From positions 1 through 59,370 of the IMG/VR virus record IMGVR_UViG_3300045474_000007: DNA of 59,370 nucleotides. One strand, written 5' to 3'. Origin of the DNA: a virus (taxonomy: Duplodnaviria > Caudoviricetes). The notes below the pieces were generated by a model. That model did no database searches. It was not told where the DNA came from and worked only from the letters and a program-made list of their open reading frames with translations. Positions 16,990 to 26,600 of the stretch are shown piece after piece. Positions within the stretch are counted from its first letter, which is position 1. Each line of letters opens with the position of its first letter. The translations under genes were made by a program, and so were the position numbers.

Positions 16990-17202
16990 TTAGATATCGT
17001 GATGGATTAGTTTTGGCTGGTCCTTCTCCTCAGTGCAGGCCCATATAAGAGCGGCCAGCCACCCTGCAATAGTCCAGCCGAGCAGCAAGTTTATTGTCAG
17101 GATCGCGCCCTGGTGTTCTACATCTCTCGTGTTGGCGATGATGTAGGGGATGAAGTAAAACAGAAAAAACAAAATTGCCAGTATGATCGTTAGGACTTCC
17201 AT
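16990..17202 (-). CDS. Superinfection immunity protein (T4 Imm-like)
   Basis: YFIPYIIA..INLLLGWTIAGWLAALIWA. Confidence 0.9.
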   Translation of the reverse strand: MEVLTIILAILFFLFYFIPYIIANTRDVEHQGAILTINLLLGWTIAGWLAALIWACTEEKDQPKLIHHDI

Positions 17203-17303
17203 GTTCGTTCTCCCTCTCTGTTGCGCACGCCGTTATTAGAACCGCTTGCTTGCGAAGATGATAAGAATCACTCCTGCTACAATCACCCAAACAGCCGCGT
17301 CAT

Positions 17304-17843
17304 TCATCCCTCTCCCTTCAGTTTCCATCCCTTACGTCGGGTTTGTGCAGCGCAGGGGCGACAATACGATGCGACTGTTGGGCGACCCCTATTCGTAGTG
17401 GGCGAAAAGTCGGAGCGCAATTTGACTAGGCTGCACATCGGACATTTTTTAAAACGGTTTGGGTCGTCTACACCTCTTTCCTTTGCCCTCTCTACCGCAT
17501 GCATACGAGCATGTTCTGCTCGTGTCATTATCTCCAAGTTATCGGGCTTATTATTTTTAGGGTCTCCGTCAATATGATGAACGATTTCTTCCTTGCGCAA
17601 TCGCCTCCTTAGCTTCTTCTCGGCTACTATGTGGTGTTGATAGACGAAACCAAAGAAATTCGCTCGATGATGGTTTGGCTTTTTTAATAAAATATACCCA
17701 CAATCATGGACTGTCTCAGACTTGCGAGATGCTTCGTTTTTGCAAGGTATAGAACAAAAGCTTCCGCCTCCTTTGTTATAAATAATTTGCGATGGGAAAC
17801 AAAGAAATGATTTTCCGCAGTTAAGGCAGCTTCTTGTAACCAT
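17304..17843 (-). CDS. HNH homing endonuclease
   Basis: VYQHHIVAE..EIVHHIDGDPKNNKPDNL with flanking Zn ribbons. Confidence 0.9.
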   Translation of the reverse strand: MVTRSCLNCGKSFLCFPSQIIYNKGGGSFCSIPCKNEASRKSETVHDCGYILLKKPNHHRANFFGFVYQHHIVAEKKLRRRLRKEEIVHHIDGDPKNNKPDNLEIMTRAEHARMHAVERAKERGVDDPNRFKKCPMCSLVKLRSDFSPTTNRGRPTVASYCRPCAAQTRRKGWKLKGEG

Positions 17844-18444
17844 GATTTACCTTCCACTTCTCGCACGTTAACGCAGCAAAAAATACTCTGATATCGTTTG
17901 CTTCTACGAACTGGCGCTCCTTGAATTTACCGTCTGGCTTTATCTCAACCGCAAACCTATTCCTTGTTGATTCAAATAGGTTTCGGTCGCGTCCGAGATG
18001 CTTTCTAATCATGTACTCCTCGCTGGCTACCTGTAAGCCTACCCAATCTTTTACCGGGCAAGTTTTGATTTGCACAACGATGTTAGCATCCATCAATTTC
18101 GAGTAGCCGTACCGATCCGGTGTTGTGGCGTACATCAAGCTAGAGCAGTACAGCGGTTTCTCTATCAGCTTAGGCTTGAACCCCCATGCCTTTTTGAACG
18201 CGATCCACGCCCGCACGTAGCCGGACAGAGCTGCATACTTAGTCCAGCTCTTGCCCTTGTCTAGCAGCGCCGTGGCTTCTGACACCCCGGTGCCGATAGC
18301 CGCCGCCTCCTCTAGGACATGAGGATTAACCCCGCTGAAGTCCACGAACCCCATGCGGCCAAGCACGTCCGTGGTAGAGATAACCCGGCAACCGTCTACC
18401 GTGTACTCGTGCTTGGCCGAGTTGAACTTGAATTTCTCCTTCAC
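17821..18444 (-). CDS. PD-(D/E)XK exonuclease-like protein
   Basis: HEYTVDG..STTDVL, YATTPDR..VQIKT, LQVASE; next to an annealing-protein gene. Confidence 0.75.
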   Translation of the reverse strand: MKEKFKFNSAKHEYTVDGCRVISTTDVLGRMGFVDFSGVNPHVLEEAAAIGTGVSEATALLDKGKSWTKYAALSGYVRAWIAFKKAWGFKPKLIEKPLYCSSLMYATTPDRYGYSKLMDANIVVQIKTCPVKDWVGLQVASEEYMIRKHLGRDRNLFESTRNRFAVEIKPDGKFKERQFVEANDIRVFFAALTCEKWKVNHGYKKLP

Positions 18445-18659
18445 TTCGCAGCTCCTTTCTCCTGAATATTCGCAGATTTTAGAACCATGGACAGTATAGC
18501 AAACATAGGTGACATTTTAGGCCTAGAACATAGACCCCATTCCTGAGCGCATTTAGCGATATCCTCAAAAGTAAGACCTCCGCCATCATCACTAGACTCC
18601 CATAGTGTTTTGAACTCGGATTTTGTCATAAAATTATACCCGCCCCTTCTTTTTGGCAT
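18441..18659 (-). CDS. Hypothetical protein
   Basis: FEDIAKCAQEWGLCSRP; probable start at the second Met. Confidence 0.55.
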   Translation of the reverse strand: MPKRRGGYNFMTKSEFKTLWESSDDGGGLTFEDIAKCAQEWGLCSRPKMSPMFAILSMVLKSANIQEKGAAK

Positions 18660-19815
18660 TCTCTGCCTCGCGTTTTTTGAAGTCGCCTATGGCATTCTCT
18701 GCCATCTTGGCGCTGAACCTATCTAGGGAGCGAACCCCGGGATGCCCCGGCCATGTGGATAACCGGCTCAGTATCTCAGCAAACGCATCCTCGTAAGTTA
18801 CCTTAGTTGGATCGCAGTGGGCCTCCACGTAGTCATGGACAAGCTTCTTTAACTCCTTGTGCTTGTCCGTCAGCTCGTACAGCTTAGGACTGCCATCTTT
18901 GAACTGTCCTTTGGGTTCTGTCTTGGGTTCGCTCTTGGCCGCATCCGGTTTCTTTGTCTCTTTTTTCTCCTCCTGCTCATCCTGTGGCCTCTGATCGAAT
19001 TGCGACGGCCTCCCTGACGCCTTTTCGTTAGCTGCCATTTCCTCGACGTCTTGTGTAAATAACTCGCTGCACGCCGTTGCAGTGATACAGCCGTCAACAT
19101 GGGCTCGCTTCTTAGAAATCTTAAGGCAGGTATTAAAATAGTCCGCAGGGTTGTCATGCTCTATCCGGCGGAAGATAATCCACTCCCCGTCTATCTTGCG
19201 CGGTGCGAATGACGATCCGCCTAGCAGCTCTGAGTCTCTATGAGTCCAGTACTCTCTCGGCACTGGGTTGCGCGTATTATCCCAGCGGTAGCGATACCGT
19301 CCTTCCATCGTCGTGCAAGCCCCTACTCCAGTTGCTACCTCTTGTCCGTTATGATCCATGATGTGAGCCAGCACGCGATACTCCCGGTGGCCTCCTTCAT
19401 AGTCGGTAATGGTAATATCTCCCTCGTTGATGATAACCCGCAACCGAAACATGAGGCAGACTTTTTCAGCCCCAGGCTTAAGCAGCGTCGGCTTGTGGGT
19501 TCCCGGGATAACTCCATAGTGGACGCCGCCGGGGTTCTCCGCCGATGGGCCAACCATCACATCGGCCATGAGCTGTTTGATCTTCGCTACTTGGTGCTTG
19601 ATTGACTCCACCGATAGTTCCCCCGGCTGAGTATCGACTACCACCAGCTCGGTCTCTTGATGGACTACGGGATTCTTGTCCGCCTTTACCACGATTGTCT
19701 TTTTCGCCATTGCTTTGTTCTCCCTCTCTTGTTTTCGATCTCGCCAATATTCCGCCATGAACGCATCTACTTCTCTGTCCTCCGCTTTCATAGAGTCGTC
19801 AGCCATGTCTCCCAT
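18634..19815 (-). CDS. Putative single-strand annealing/recombination protein
   Basis: HYGVIPGTHKPTLLKPGAEK, NTCLKISKKRAHVD and FTQDVEE motifs. Confidence 0.7.
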   Translation of the reverse strand: MGDMADDSMKAEDREVDAFMAEYWRDRKQERENKAMAKKTIVVKADKNPVVHQETELVVVDTQPGELSVESIKHQVAKIKQLMADVMVGPSAENPGGVHYGVIPGTHKPTLLKPGAEKVCLMFRLRVIINEGDITITDYEGGHREYRVLAHIMDHNGQEVATGVGACTTMEGRYRYRWDNTRNPVPREYWTHRDSELLGGSSFAPRKIDGEWIIFRRIEHDNPADYFNTCLKISKKRAHVDGCITATACSELFTQDVEEMAANEKASGRPSQFDQRPQDEQEEKKETKKPDAAKSEPKTEPKGQFKDGSPKLYELTDKHKELKKLVHDYVEAHCDPTKVTYEDAFAEILSRLSTWPGHPGVRSLDRFSAKMAENAIGDFKKREAENAKKKGRV

Positions 19816-19839
19816 TTTCTACGCCTCCCGTAACGCTTT

Positions 19840-20151
19840 TTAGACCCTATCTTTCTGGCCAATTATCGGTAATGGCCTTGACCTAGCTCTGATCCACTCC
19901 CAATAGTTGTCATACGGAATATTAATCCGTAGAGGTTCCCCTGTTGCCAAGATCCAACCGTTTTGTACGGCGATCTTGGTTTTGCTGTCTGGGATAAGGG
20001 CCAATTGGCCCCATAATCCGGCCGCAGAAGCAGGCTTATAGTGCAAAAACATTTGCTCTGACGTGCCTTCGCAAACTTTTCTACGCATCTCATTTTTAGC
20101 CCTATCAGCAGTTTCTGTTACCATCTCAAAATATTGCTCTTCCCATTTCAT
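19840..20151 (-). CDS. Hypothetical protein
   Basis: 103-aa ORF with GGGAGG RBS. Confidence 0.6.
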   Translation of the reverse strand: MKWEEQYFEMVTETADRAKNEMRRKVCEGTSEQMFLHYKPASAAGLWGQLALIPDSKTKIAVQNGWILATGEPLRINIPYDNYWEWIRARSRPLPIIGQKDRV

Positions 20152-20152
20152 T

Positions 20153-20353
20153 TTATGCCTCCCGTAACGCCTTCTCTACTACCGTCTTTACTTGTTCCAG
20201 CGTCTTGTCTTGCACCGTAATGCACGCCGTTTCCGTCTTGCGCTTGTCGTCCTGCCGCTTGGACTGGCGCATCTGGATATACACCGACTTACTTGGCTTG
20301 GGTTTCTTTCTGCCGATTATCATAGCTTCCCTCCTTTCTTGGGCCACTCCCAT
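20153..20353 (-). CDS. Hypothetical protein
   Basis: ORF with internal RBS AGGAGG before MIIGRKK. Confidence 0.55.
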   Translation of the reverse strand: MGVAQERREAMIIGRKKPKPSKSVYIQMRQSKRQDDKRKTETACITVQDKTLEQVKTVVEKALREA

Positions 20354-20477
20354 TTGTACTCGGGCATGTCATCGAAGTTGGTTCGCGCTCCATTGGCCGG
20401 AGAGTTCTCAAAGATTCGCACCCAGGTAGAGTCCTGCTTACGGCCAAACAATTTACGACGTAGCCACCGGATGATAC

Positions 20478-21476
20478 TCATCTTGCCCCCTTTGTTTTAA
20501 CTTCTATTACCGGACCAAAACTAAGTTCATTTTCCTCGTGACTTCGTTGTCCCTTTAGTGCTGATTCAACATTTTTTACGGCTTGGCGGTAGTAGCTTTC
20601 TTTCAGCTCTATCCCGACTCCGCGCCGTCCGGCCAGTACAGCACCGTATACTTCTGACCCTACACCCATATAGGGAGTTAACACCGTCTCTCCTGGGTTG
20701 CTCCACATTACGACGGCGCGATCAATAACGTCTAATTGAAGCGGGTGAACGTGCCTCTCGTCATCCGCATCTCTTGCTGGTTTATGCGGCAGTACGCGGT
20801 CGAGCCGTACATCATCCCAGAACGCAGATGCGTATCGCTGCCATATCCAATGAGAGTAACGATTCTCTAGCTGGCTCCCTTTCCAGTTTCGATACGGAAG
20901 TAACTCGTTCGGTATCTTCCTTTCGCCAGCATACTCGGAAAGCCCAGTGGGATGAGCAACCGGAATTGAGTTCTGTCCAGACCTTCGAAAGATAAGCAGG
21001 TAATCCGCATTCGCGATACTACACCGCGTTGAATCTATCGTGAGCCCCTTGTGAGACAACGATTTAGTCATTGTTCTGTTGCGCACTGTTAGAGGCTCTT
21101 TCCAAACATGATAACGCGCCACGTACTGGAACCCGCACTTCTGGTGCAATCTAATCACGTCGCCAGGAAAGTCCCTGAGGTGATCTAGCCCGGTGTTGCC
21201 GGTGGGGATATCCATGCAGTGAACTGCGGACATTCTCCCAGGCATAGTAATGCGATGAATCTCATTTACGCAAAACTCGTAGTGAGTAAAAAACTCGGGA
21301 TAATCGATGCAATTCGACAAGTCGCGTTCGTCTGAACTGTAAACGTACAGCCCTCCAAACGGAGGTGAGTACATAGAGAGATGAACCGACTCATCAGGAA
21401 TATTTTTCATGACCTCCATGCAATCTGCTTTGTAAAGAGCACAGCGATCAGTTACGAATTGAGTCTTTGAAGCCAC
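20478..21476 (-). CDS. DNA methyltransferase (N4-C/N6-A, beta class)
   Basis: Catalytic YSPPF; SAM-binding VLTPYMGVGSE; GVGIELKESYY. Confidence 0.92.
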   Translation of the reverse strand: MASKTQFVTDRCALYKADCMEVMKNIPDESVHLSMYSPPFGGLYVYSSDERDLSNCIDYPEFFTHYEFCVNEIHRITMPGRMSAVHCMDIPTGNTGLDHLRDFPGDVIRLHQKCGFQYVARYHVWKEPLTVRNRTMTKSLSHKGLTIDSTRCSIANADYLLIFRRSGQNSIPVAHPTGLSEYAGERKIPNELLPYRNWKGSQLENRYSHWIWQRYASAFWDDVRLDRVLPHKPARDADDERHVHPLQLDVIDRAVVMWSNPGETVLTPYMGVGSEVYGAVLAGRRGVGIELKESYYRQAVKNVESALKGQRSHEENELSFGPVIEVKTKGAR

Positions 21477-22900
21477 GGTGGAACCTCCATATTTTCGTTC
21501 GGGTCGGTTTGTATTCTCGCGATTGATTGAGCATCGTGCATGTGCCGTACTAGCTCGGTGAACATCCTATCAGCCGCATCAGCTTTCCGTTTCATGTTTT
21601 CGCGCACGTATCGCTCACCCGTCGTAGCAACGATATCAACGACGACTTCTCGCTTTTGGCCGAATCGCCAGAACCGTCTTACTGATTGGTAAAACTGTTC
21701 GTAGGAATGAGTTGCGAACGTAACGGTGTGAGCACAGTGCTGCCAGTTCATTCCCCAGGCTCCGATCTTTGGTTTCGTCACTATGACTCGGAGCTTTCCG
21801 GATGCAAAATCTTTGTATATCTCCTCTCTTTCTTCCTCCTCTGTAGATCCCTTGACCTGCCTACTGCCTTTGACTATCTTTTCGATCAGATCCGCTTCGT
21901 CGTTTAGATGACACCAGACGACTGCGGGGTTTTTATGATTGATCAGATTAGCAACGTACTCACATCGTTCCTGCAATGTGCGCCGCCGCTCGTCGCGCTC
22001 CTGACGTAAACCAAATGCCGGCAAGGTAAACAGCATTCCGTCGGCCGGGCGTGTAGGCTCAATAATATGCTCGCGCTCCGTCAATGGCGGCAAGATAAAA
22101 TCGCCGTCATTAAACCCTAGGTCACTAGGCTTGCGACACGCTCTTGCCCATGAGCATACCCACTTCCAGAACGGCACTTCTGCGTGACCCTTCAATCTCC
22201 ATTGCTCAATTTGCTGAGCCACGCGAAACGATAGTTTACCAAAGTGGTTAGCCTGATCTTTTTGATTCTTTTGCCATTGCTTTATATCTTCGCGTCGATG
22301 CGGCTTATTATCGCTCTGTTTGAAAAAACGCGAGAGCATATCGGAGTATCCGAGTTCAGCCAATGCCTCACTACTCGTTCCCAATTCGATGTAGTCATTA
22401 GGCGCAGCCGTTGCCGTACAGAGTAGCCGATAAGGGATCTTAAGCATGAATCGAGTAACTGCTTTTTGAGTTGCACCGGAAAAGTGTTTGAGTATAGACG
22501 ATTCATCGCACACCACGCCGCCAAAATCTTTTGATTCGAACAAGTGAAGCTTCTCATAATTTGTAATGACAATAGACTTTTTGGACATTCTGCCATCCCG
22601 CGAACGGATGCTTTCAATCCCAAATTTCTCAGACTCGATTAAAGTCTGCCCCCCCACGGCGAGAGGAGTTAAAATCAATACGGGCTTATTGGTGTGCCTC
22701 AATACATTCTCCGCCCACACAAGTTGCATTGGAGTTTTCCCCAGTCCGCAGTCGGCGAATATTGCACAACGCCCCCTATTGATAGCCCAATCAACTAGAC
22801 TGGATTGGAAGTCGAATAGAAAACTCGGCATCCATATCGGCGAGAATCCGTGATTCTCTCCCATCTGAGTTTTTTTGTTTAGAAACTCCTGATAGTTCAT
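21452..22900 (-). CDS. SNF2-like/SF2 helicase
   Basis: ADCGLGKT, DESS, TATAAPND and QSVRRFWRFGQ motifs. Confidence 0.92.
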   Translation of the reverse strand: MNYQEFLNKKTQMGENHGFSPIWMPSFLFDFQSSLVDWAINRGRCAIFADCGLGKTPMQLVWAENVLRHTNKPVLILTPLAVGGQTLIESEKFGIESIRSRDGRMSKKSIVITNYEKLHLFESKDFGGVVCDESSILKHFSGATQKAVTRFMLKIPYRLLCTATAAPNDYIELGTSSEALAELGYSDMLSRFFKQSDNKPHRREDIKQWQKNQKDQANHFGKLSFRVAQQIEQWRLKGHAEVPFWKWVCSWARACRKPSDLGFNDGDFILPPLTEREHIIEPTRPADGMLFTLPAFGLRQERDERRRTLQERCEYVANLINHKNPAVVWCHLNDEADLIEKIVKGSRQVKGSTEEEEREEIYKDFASGKLRVIVTKPKIGAWGMNWQHCAHTVTFATHSYEQFYQSVRRFWRFGQKREVVVDIVATTGERYVRENMKRKADAADRMFTELVRHMHDAQSIARIQTDPNENMEVPPWLQRLNS

Positions 22901-23070
22901 ACGTTCTCCAGTTGCGCTAGCGTAGCGACGATCTTAGCCGCATCCTCTTGGAGTCTCAGCCCGAGCAGCCATAGCGCGTCATTTTTACCATTGGCTTCTT
23001 GCATTAAATCCTTCAGTCCTGACATCAACGTCTCGGCGCATTGCATCGCCTTAGTGACTTTCTCATTCAT
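22897..23070 (-). CDS. Small hypothetical protein (57 aa)
   Basis: MNEKVTKAMQ..; ATGA overlaps at both ends. Confidence 0.5.
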   Translation of the reverse strand: MNEKVTKAMQCAETLMSGLKDLMQEANGKNDALWLLGLRLQEDAAKIVATLAQLENV

Positions 23071-23237
23071 TTTTCACACTCGTACTCCCTTTCTATTTTG
23101 CGTTGTTCTCTCATCCACATCCGTTTGTAATACCTCAGACAATCGCGGCAGTGGTTCTGATTTTTATAGTCATGCGGTAACAATACTCTCGCCACCACTC
23201 TCGCATATCGCCTCTGTGAATCCTCCGTGCGGTTCAT
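23067..23237 (-). CDS. Small hypothetical protein (56 aa)
   Basis: MNRTEDSQ..CRDC; ATGA overlaps at both ends. Confidence 0.45.
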   Translation of the reverse strand: MNRTEDSQRRYARVVARVLLPHDYKNQNHCRDCLRYYKRMWMREQRKIEREYECEK

Positions 23238-23488
23238 TTCTGGCTACGCTCCTGTAGCGCCTTGGACGTCCAGCATTGTAGAGCCAGTCGCACCATAACC
23301 GCAGCCACGTCGATTGCCTCCTCAGCTACAGCCTTTAGATCGTTCGCGTGGACAGCGGACTGGAGTTCGTTGAACTCCTCCAGTGCCACGCCTAACGCCT
23401 CATGCGAACTCGCAAAGTCGCCGTATCGTTCCTGAGCTCGTTCGCAGTGCCCCTTAATCATGTCTATGATTAGATCGTTTGTAATCAT
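23234..23488 (-). CDS. MazG-like NTP pyrophosphatase
   Basis: SSHEALGVALEEFNEL..EEAIDVAAV. Confidence 0.7.
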   Translation of the reverse strand: MITNDLIIDMIKGHCERAQERYGDFASSHEALGVALEEFNELQSAVHANDLKAVAEEAIDVAAVMVRLALQCWTSKALQERSQK

Positions 23489-25038
23489 GCAGCCTCCATA
23501 TCTGCTGGTTTCTCCAACTCATTATTGTCTTTCCATCCCTCACTCTTGAAATAGTACAGCTCTGACTTGGCTCGTGTGATAGCCACGTATTGGATGTTCT
23601 TCTCTTGCTCTTGCTGCCATCCTTGGCGAGCCCACTTACAGGGCATCAGTTGCGGGTCAAGGATAAATACCCGCTCCCACTCTAAGCCCTTGCTCTTGTG
23701 TACCGAGCACAGCGTGAGCCGCCCCGTGGGGTCATCGCTGAATAGGGCATTGATGCTATCCACTAGAGCCGTCACTGTGCGGTTATCCTCCTTGAGCTGT
23801 CCGATAAATATCTTGATCGTAATCACGCGATCTTCTACAGCCGCCGCACTTTGCTCCCGCCCTTTAGCCAGTAGTTTGGACACCTCGCGTGACTGGTATG
23901 CGTCTAACCTATCTCCTAGTTCTGCTATGCTGCCAGCATTCATTTTCTTAATTACCGTGATAAGCCCCTGCCCGATCTCCCTTCCGAGCACCTTGCACGC
24001 TTTGCCGTTGCGAATAAGCTTATAGGCCAGCTCAATCAACGGAGCATTTAGTCTGCATAGAATCGCGTCAGTCGATAGAAACGTTTCTGCCTTCACCGTC
24101 GCTAGCATTTCCACCTTGCCATCCGGCGCGGTATCGCAGTGCTCGATAATAGGAACAAGCTTCTTGGCCTCGGCCACGACAGCTCTAGAGCAACGGTAAG
24201 AAACAGAAAGCGGGAGTTGAGCAGCATTGAACTCTTCTGTTATCCGGTTGATAGATTCTGTGTCTGCTCCTCTGAAAGAATAGATTGACTGGGCTTTGTC
24301 TCCCACGGCAATCAATCTGCCGCCCGGCACGAGAGAAATCTTCAGCATTGCCCTCTGTATGGCACTGATATCCTGGCATTCATCCGCAAAGATGACATCG
24401 TACTGATTGAATTTAGCTTGCCAGATAACCGGCAGGTAGAGTTGATCGTCAAAGTCGATTACTTGCTTGCCTAACTTAATGCCCTCAGCCAGCACCAGCC
24501 GCGCAAGCTCCATACCTCGAGCAGGGTCGGCATCTTTACCGTCAAAGTCCACCCCAAATTTCTCTATCAGGTCCGCCCAGTTCTGCTCTGTATCCTGCAT
24601 CAGTGCACAGCCCACCCCTTCGCTCCCGCTTGGCACCAGTCCGTGGGCCTTGGCGAGCCCCACTAGCTTGGCAACTCCTTGGCCGTAGTCCTTGCTGTCC
24701 TTGGGATTCAAATTATCGTCGATGATCCAGCGTGTTTTCTTGGACTCCAGCTTTGGCTTTTTCTTGCCGATGCAGCTATTCAGATAGGCCCGGTAGCCCA
24801 TGCCGTTTAGAGTCATAGCCGCGACGTGAGGCGGCACCCGGGCTTGCAACTCCTGAGCGATGTTTCGGTTAAACGCCACAAAGGCCACCCGCTTGTCGGT
24901 TGGCACACGTCGTGCGGCTTCCACGATCACCGTGGTTTTGCTCCCGCCAGCTACGGCTAAGATCACCGCAGAGCCGGATTGATTCTCAACAAAATTGAAA
25001 ACGTCCAGTTGGTACTGGCTCCATATTCTGTCCATCAC
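23485..25038 (-). CDS. UvrD/Rep-like SF1 helicase
   Basis: AVAGGSKTT, DECQD, VGDKAQSIYSFRGA, HKSKGLEW and YVAITRAK motifs. Confidence 0.93.
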   Translation of the reverse strand: MMDRIWSQYQLDVFNFVENQSGSAVILAVAGGSKTTVIVEAARRVPTDKRVAFVAFNRNIAQELQARVPPHVAAMTLNGMGYRAYLNSCIGKKKPKLESKKTRWIIDDNLNPKDSKDYGQGVAKLVGLAKAHGLVPSGSEGVGCALMQDTEQNWADLIEKFGVDFDGKDADPARGMELARLVLAEGIKLGKQVIDFDDQLYLPVIWQAKFNQYDVIFADECQDISAIQRAMLKISLVPGGRLIAVGDKAQSIYSFRGADTESINRITEEFNAAQLPLSVSYRCSRAVVAEAKKLVPIIEHCDTAPDGKVEMLATVKAETFLSTDAILCRLNAPLIELAYKLIRNGKACKVLGREIGQGLITVIKKMNAGSIAELGDRLDAYQSREVSKLLAKGREQSAAAVEDRVITIKIFIGQLKEDNRTVTALVDSINALFSDDPTGRLTLCSVHKSKGLEWERVFILDPQLMPCKWARQGWQQEQEKNIQYVAITRAKSELYYFKSEGWKDNNELEKPADMEAA

Positions 25039-25067
25039 ACTTTTCTCCGTTCAGTTTTATAGGTTAG

Positions 25068-25149
25068 AACCCCTCTCAAACACCCCGTATTTGGCTCCAG
25101 GATTCGATTTGAGAGGGGGTTAGGGGTTGGTTAAGGGGTAGATAGGGGT
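25068..25149 (+). repeat. Dispersed ~80-bp repeat, copy C
   Basis: AAACACCCCGTATTTGGCTCCAGGAT...GGTTAAGGGGTAGATAGGGGT. Confidence 0.8.
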
Positions 25150-25361
25150 GCGCGGGTATCGCTCAGCAGCCAGACGTCCGTGATGTAGTCCGAGCTGCCG
25201 TCCTCCCACTCCACGTAGGCCACCAGGGTTTTGCCGGTGCAGACGATCAGGACGGGCTGTCCGGTGGCCGACATGCGCCATAGGACGTGGCGAAAAAACT
25301 TCTTGGCTAACGCTTCAAGTCGCATTTGCATTTCCCCTCTCGTTTGGTTAGGCCTCCTCAA
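25131..25361 (-). CDS. Hypothetical protein
   Basis: RBS GAGGGG before MQMRLE. Confidence 0.5.
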   Translation of the reverse strand: MRRPNQTRGEMQMRLEALAKKFFRHVLWRMSATGQPVLIVCTGKTLVAYVEWEDGSSDYITDVWLLSDTRAPLSTP

Positions 25362-25535
25362 TTTCGAACCCTGCCGCTATCATTTCGTCGGGGTCTAATT
25401 TCATGTTATTGACTCCTATGGGTTGGTTAGGTTAAGTTGCCTATGCGGTTTCTCTCGGGCCGCATTTCTCTCTCTCTTGGCCCCAGGAGTTTTCCATTCT
25501 CCTGGGGCCTCTTTCTCCCCTTCTCCCCTTCTCCC

Positions 25536-26285
25536 CTACTTAAAGTCGATATACCGTCGCGCTTTATCCCAGCGGATATCCGCTACGGTCACCCCACGAT
25601 ACAATTGTTCCGCGATAGACTTTCCACTCACATAGAGCCCGAACCGTCGAGCCGATGACGTCCCCTCTTTCTTTGGGTTCTTATCGACTAGCAGAACAAC
25701 TTTCGTCTTTTTGTCCTGTGCCTCGCCTATCACGACTGTCTCCTTCACTCGTTTAGCTTTTACAGGCTCGGCTTCGGCTTTTGCGGCGGCTTTTTTTACT
25801 GTGGGTTTCTTCGCAGCGACGGGTTTCTTCGCGGCAGCGAGCGTCTTGGTCAAATCCGCTTCTAACTCCTTGGTTGTCTTGCGCTGCTTGACTACCTTGC
25901 CCCCAGCGCCGACGACGATTGCCTTTGCCTCACGAGTCGCCTTAAGCGACTCCAGTGTCCCTTTACTCACGTTCTTGCTTCCTTTCGCGCCTTTGCCCTC
26001 GGCTTTGGGTGCATCGCTAGACGCAGTTGGTGTTGATTGCAGTTGCATACAGTAGGCTATGTCGCTCGGGTGCCACTTGGTAGCCCTTCTGGCATGATCC
26101 GAATCCCTCGCCGTTACGTGGGCATACTCCCGGGTGCTCTTGTTTTTGACGCCGAATAGAAGTCCTTTAGCATCGGCGATGATCTCACGCGGTGGCGTCG
26201 TTTTGGTTTGGAATGAGTCCTCTACGATATGATCTAGAGGCACTACGTCCAGCGGTTGTGCTGGCTTGATTCTCTTGCGTTTCAT
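25536..26285 (-). CDS. Lys/Ala-rich early protein, possibly DNA-binding
   Basis: Start coupled at ATGA 26285; histone-like AAKKP tract; C-terminal NPKKEGTSSARRF..DIRWD domain. Confidence 0.7.
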   Translation of the reverse strand: MKRKRIKPAQPLDVVPLDHIVEDSFQTKTTPPREIIADAKGLLFGVKNKSTREYAHVTARDSDHARRATKWHPSDIAYCMQLQSTPTASSDAPKAEGKGAKGSKNVSKGTLESLKATREAKAIVVGAGGKVVKQRKTTKELEADLTKTLAAAKKPVAAKKPTVKKAAAKAEAEPVKAKRVKETVVIGEAQDKKTKVVLLVDKNPKKEGTSSARRFGLYVSGKSIAEQLYRGVTVADIRWDKARRYIDFK

Positions 26286-26497
26286 TTCTTTGCCAGCTCC
26301 TTTCGGAGCAGTGCGTTCTGCTCCTCGTAGAGTGCAATCAACTTTAGAGTTGTCAGGCTGGGCTTCTTGATGCGCTTGCGCTCTGGCATGTCTACCAGTT
26401 CGATGGGCACTCGCTCTCCCATATCTACATCGAATGCCGTTTTTGATTTGCGACTTCGGACTATCGCCGCGTTGCCATATATAGTCGTGGTTTTCAT
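26282..26497 (-). CDS. First gene of the early operon, hypothetical (71 aa)
   Basis: AAAGGA RBS before ATG 26497. Confidence 0.65.
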   Translation of the reverse strand: MKTTTIYGNAAIVRSRKSKTAFDVDMGERVPIELVDMPERKRIKKPSLTTLKLIALYEEQNALLRKELAKK

Positions 26498-26520
26498 TGT
26501 CGTGTTCCTTTCTGTTGCGC

Positions 26521-26600
26521 ACGTTGTGGTAGCTGCCATCATCAGTGCTCAGGAACAACCCCGAGCAGACGAGCCGGATCGCTCCGGCCCGTTTCGGCTT
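26521..26600 (-). ncRNA. Type II hammerhead ribozyme
   Basis: GCC-GAAA-C GGGCCGGA/TCCGGCTC-GTC^-TGCTCGGG/CCTGAGCA-CTGATGA-T-GGC; loop I GTTGT pairs with downstream ACAAC. Confidence 0.9.

Noticed and set aside
25350-25420. GGTTCGAA T-loop-like sequence suggesting a tRNA
   Set aside because: No cloverleaf can be formed.
25514-25537. (TTCTCCCC)x3 tract
   Set aside because: Short slippage-type repeat resembling the phage's RBS; no further support for a function.
26286-26558. N-terminal extension of the 340-aa ORF
   Set aside because: It runs through the hammerhead and another gene; the coupled ATGA start at 26285 is more plausible.
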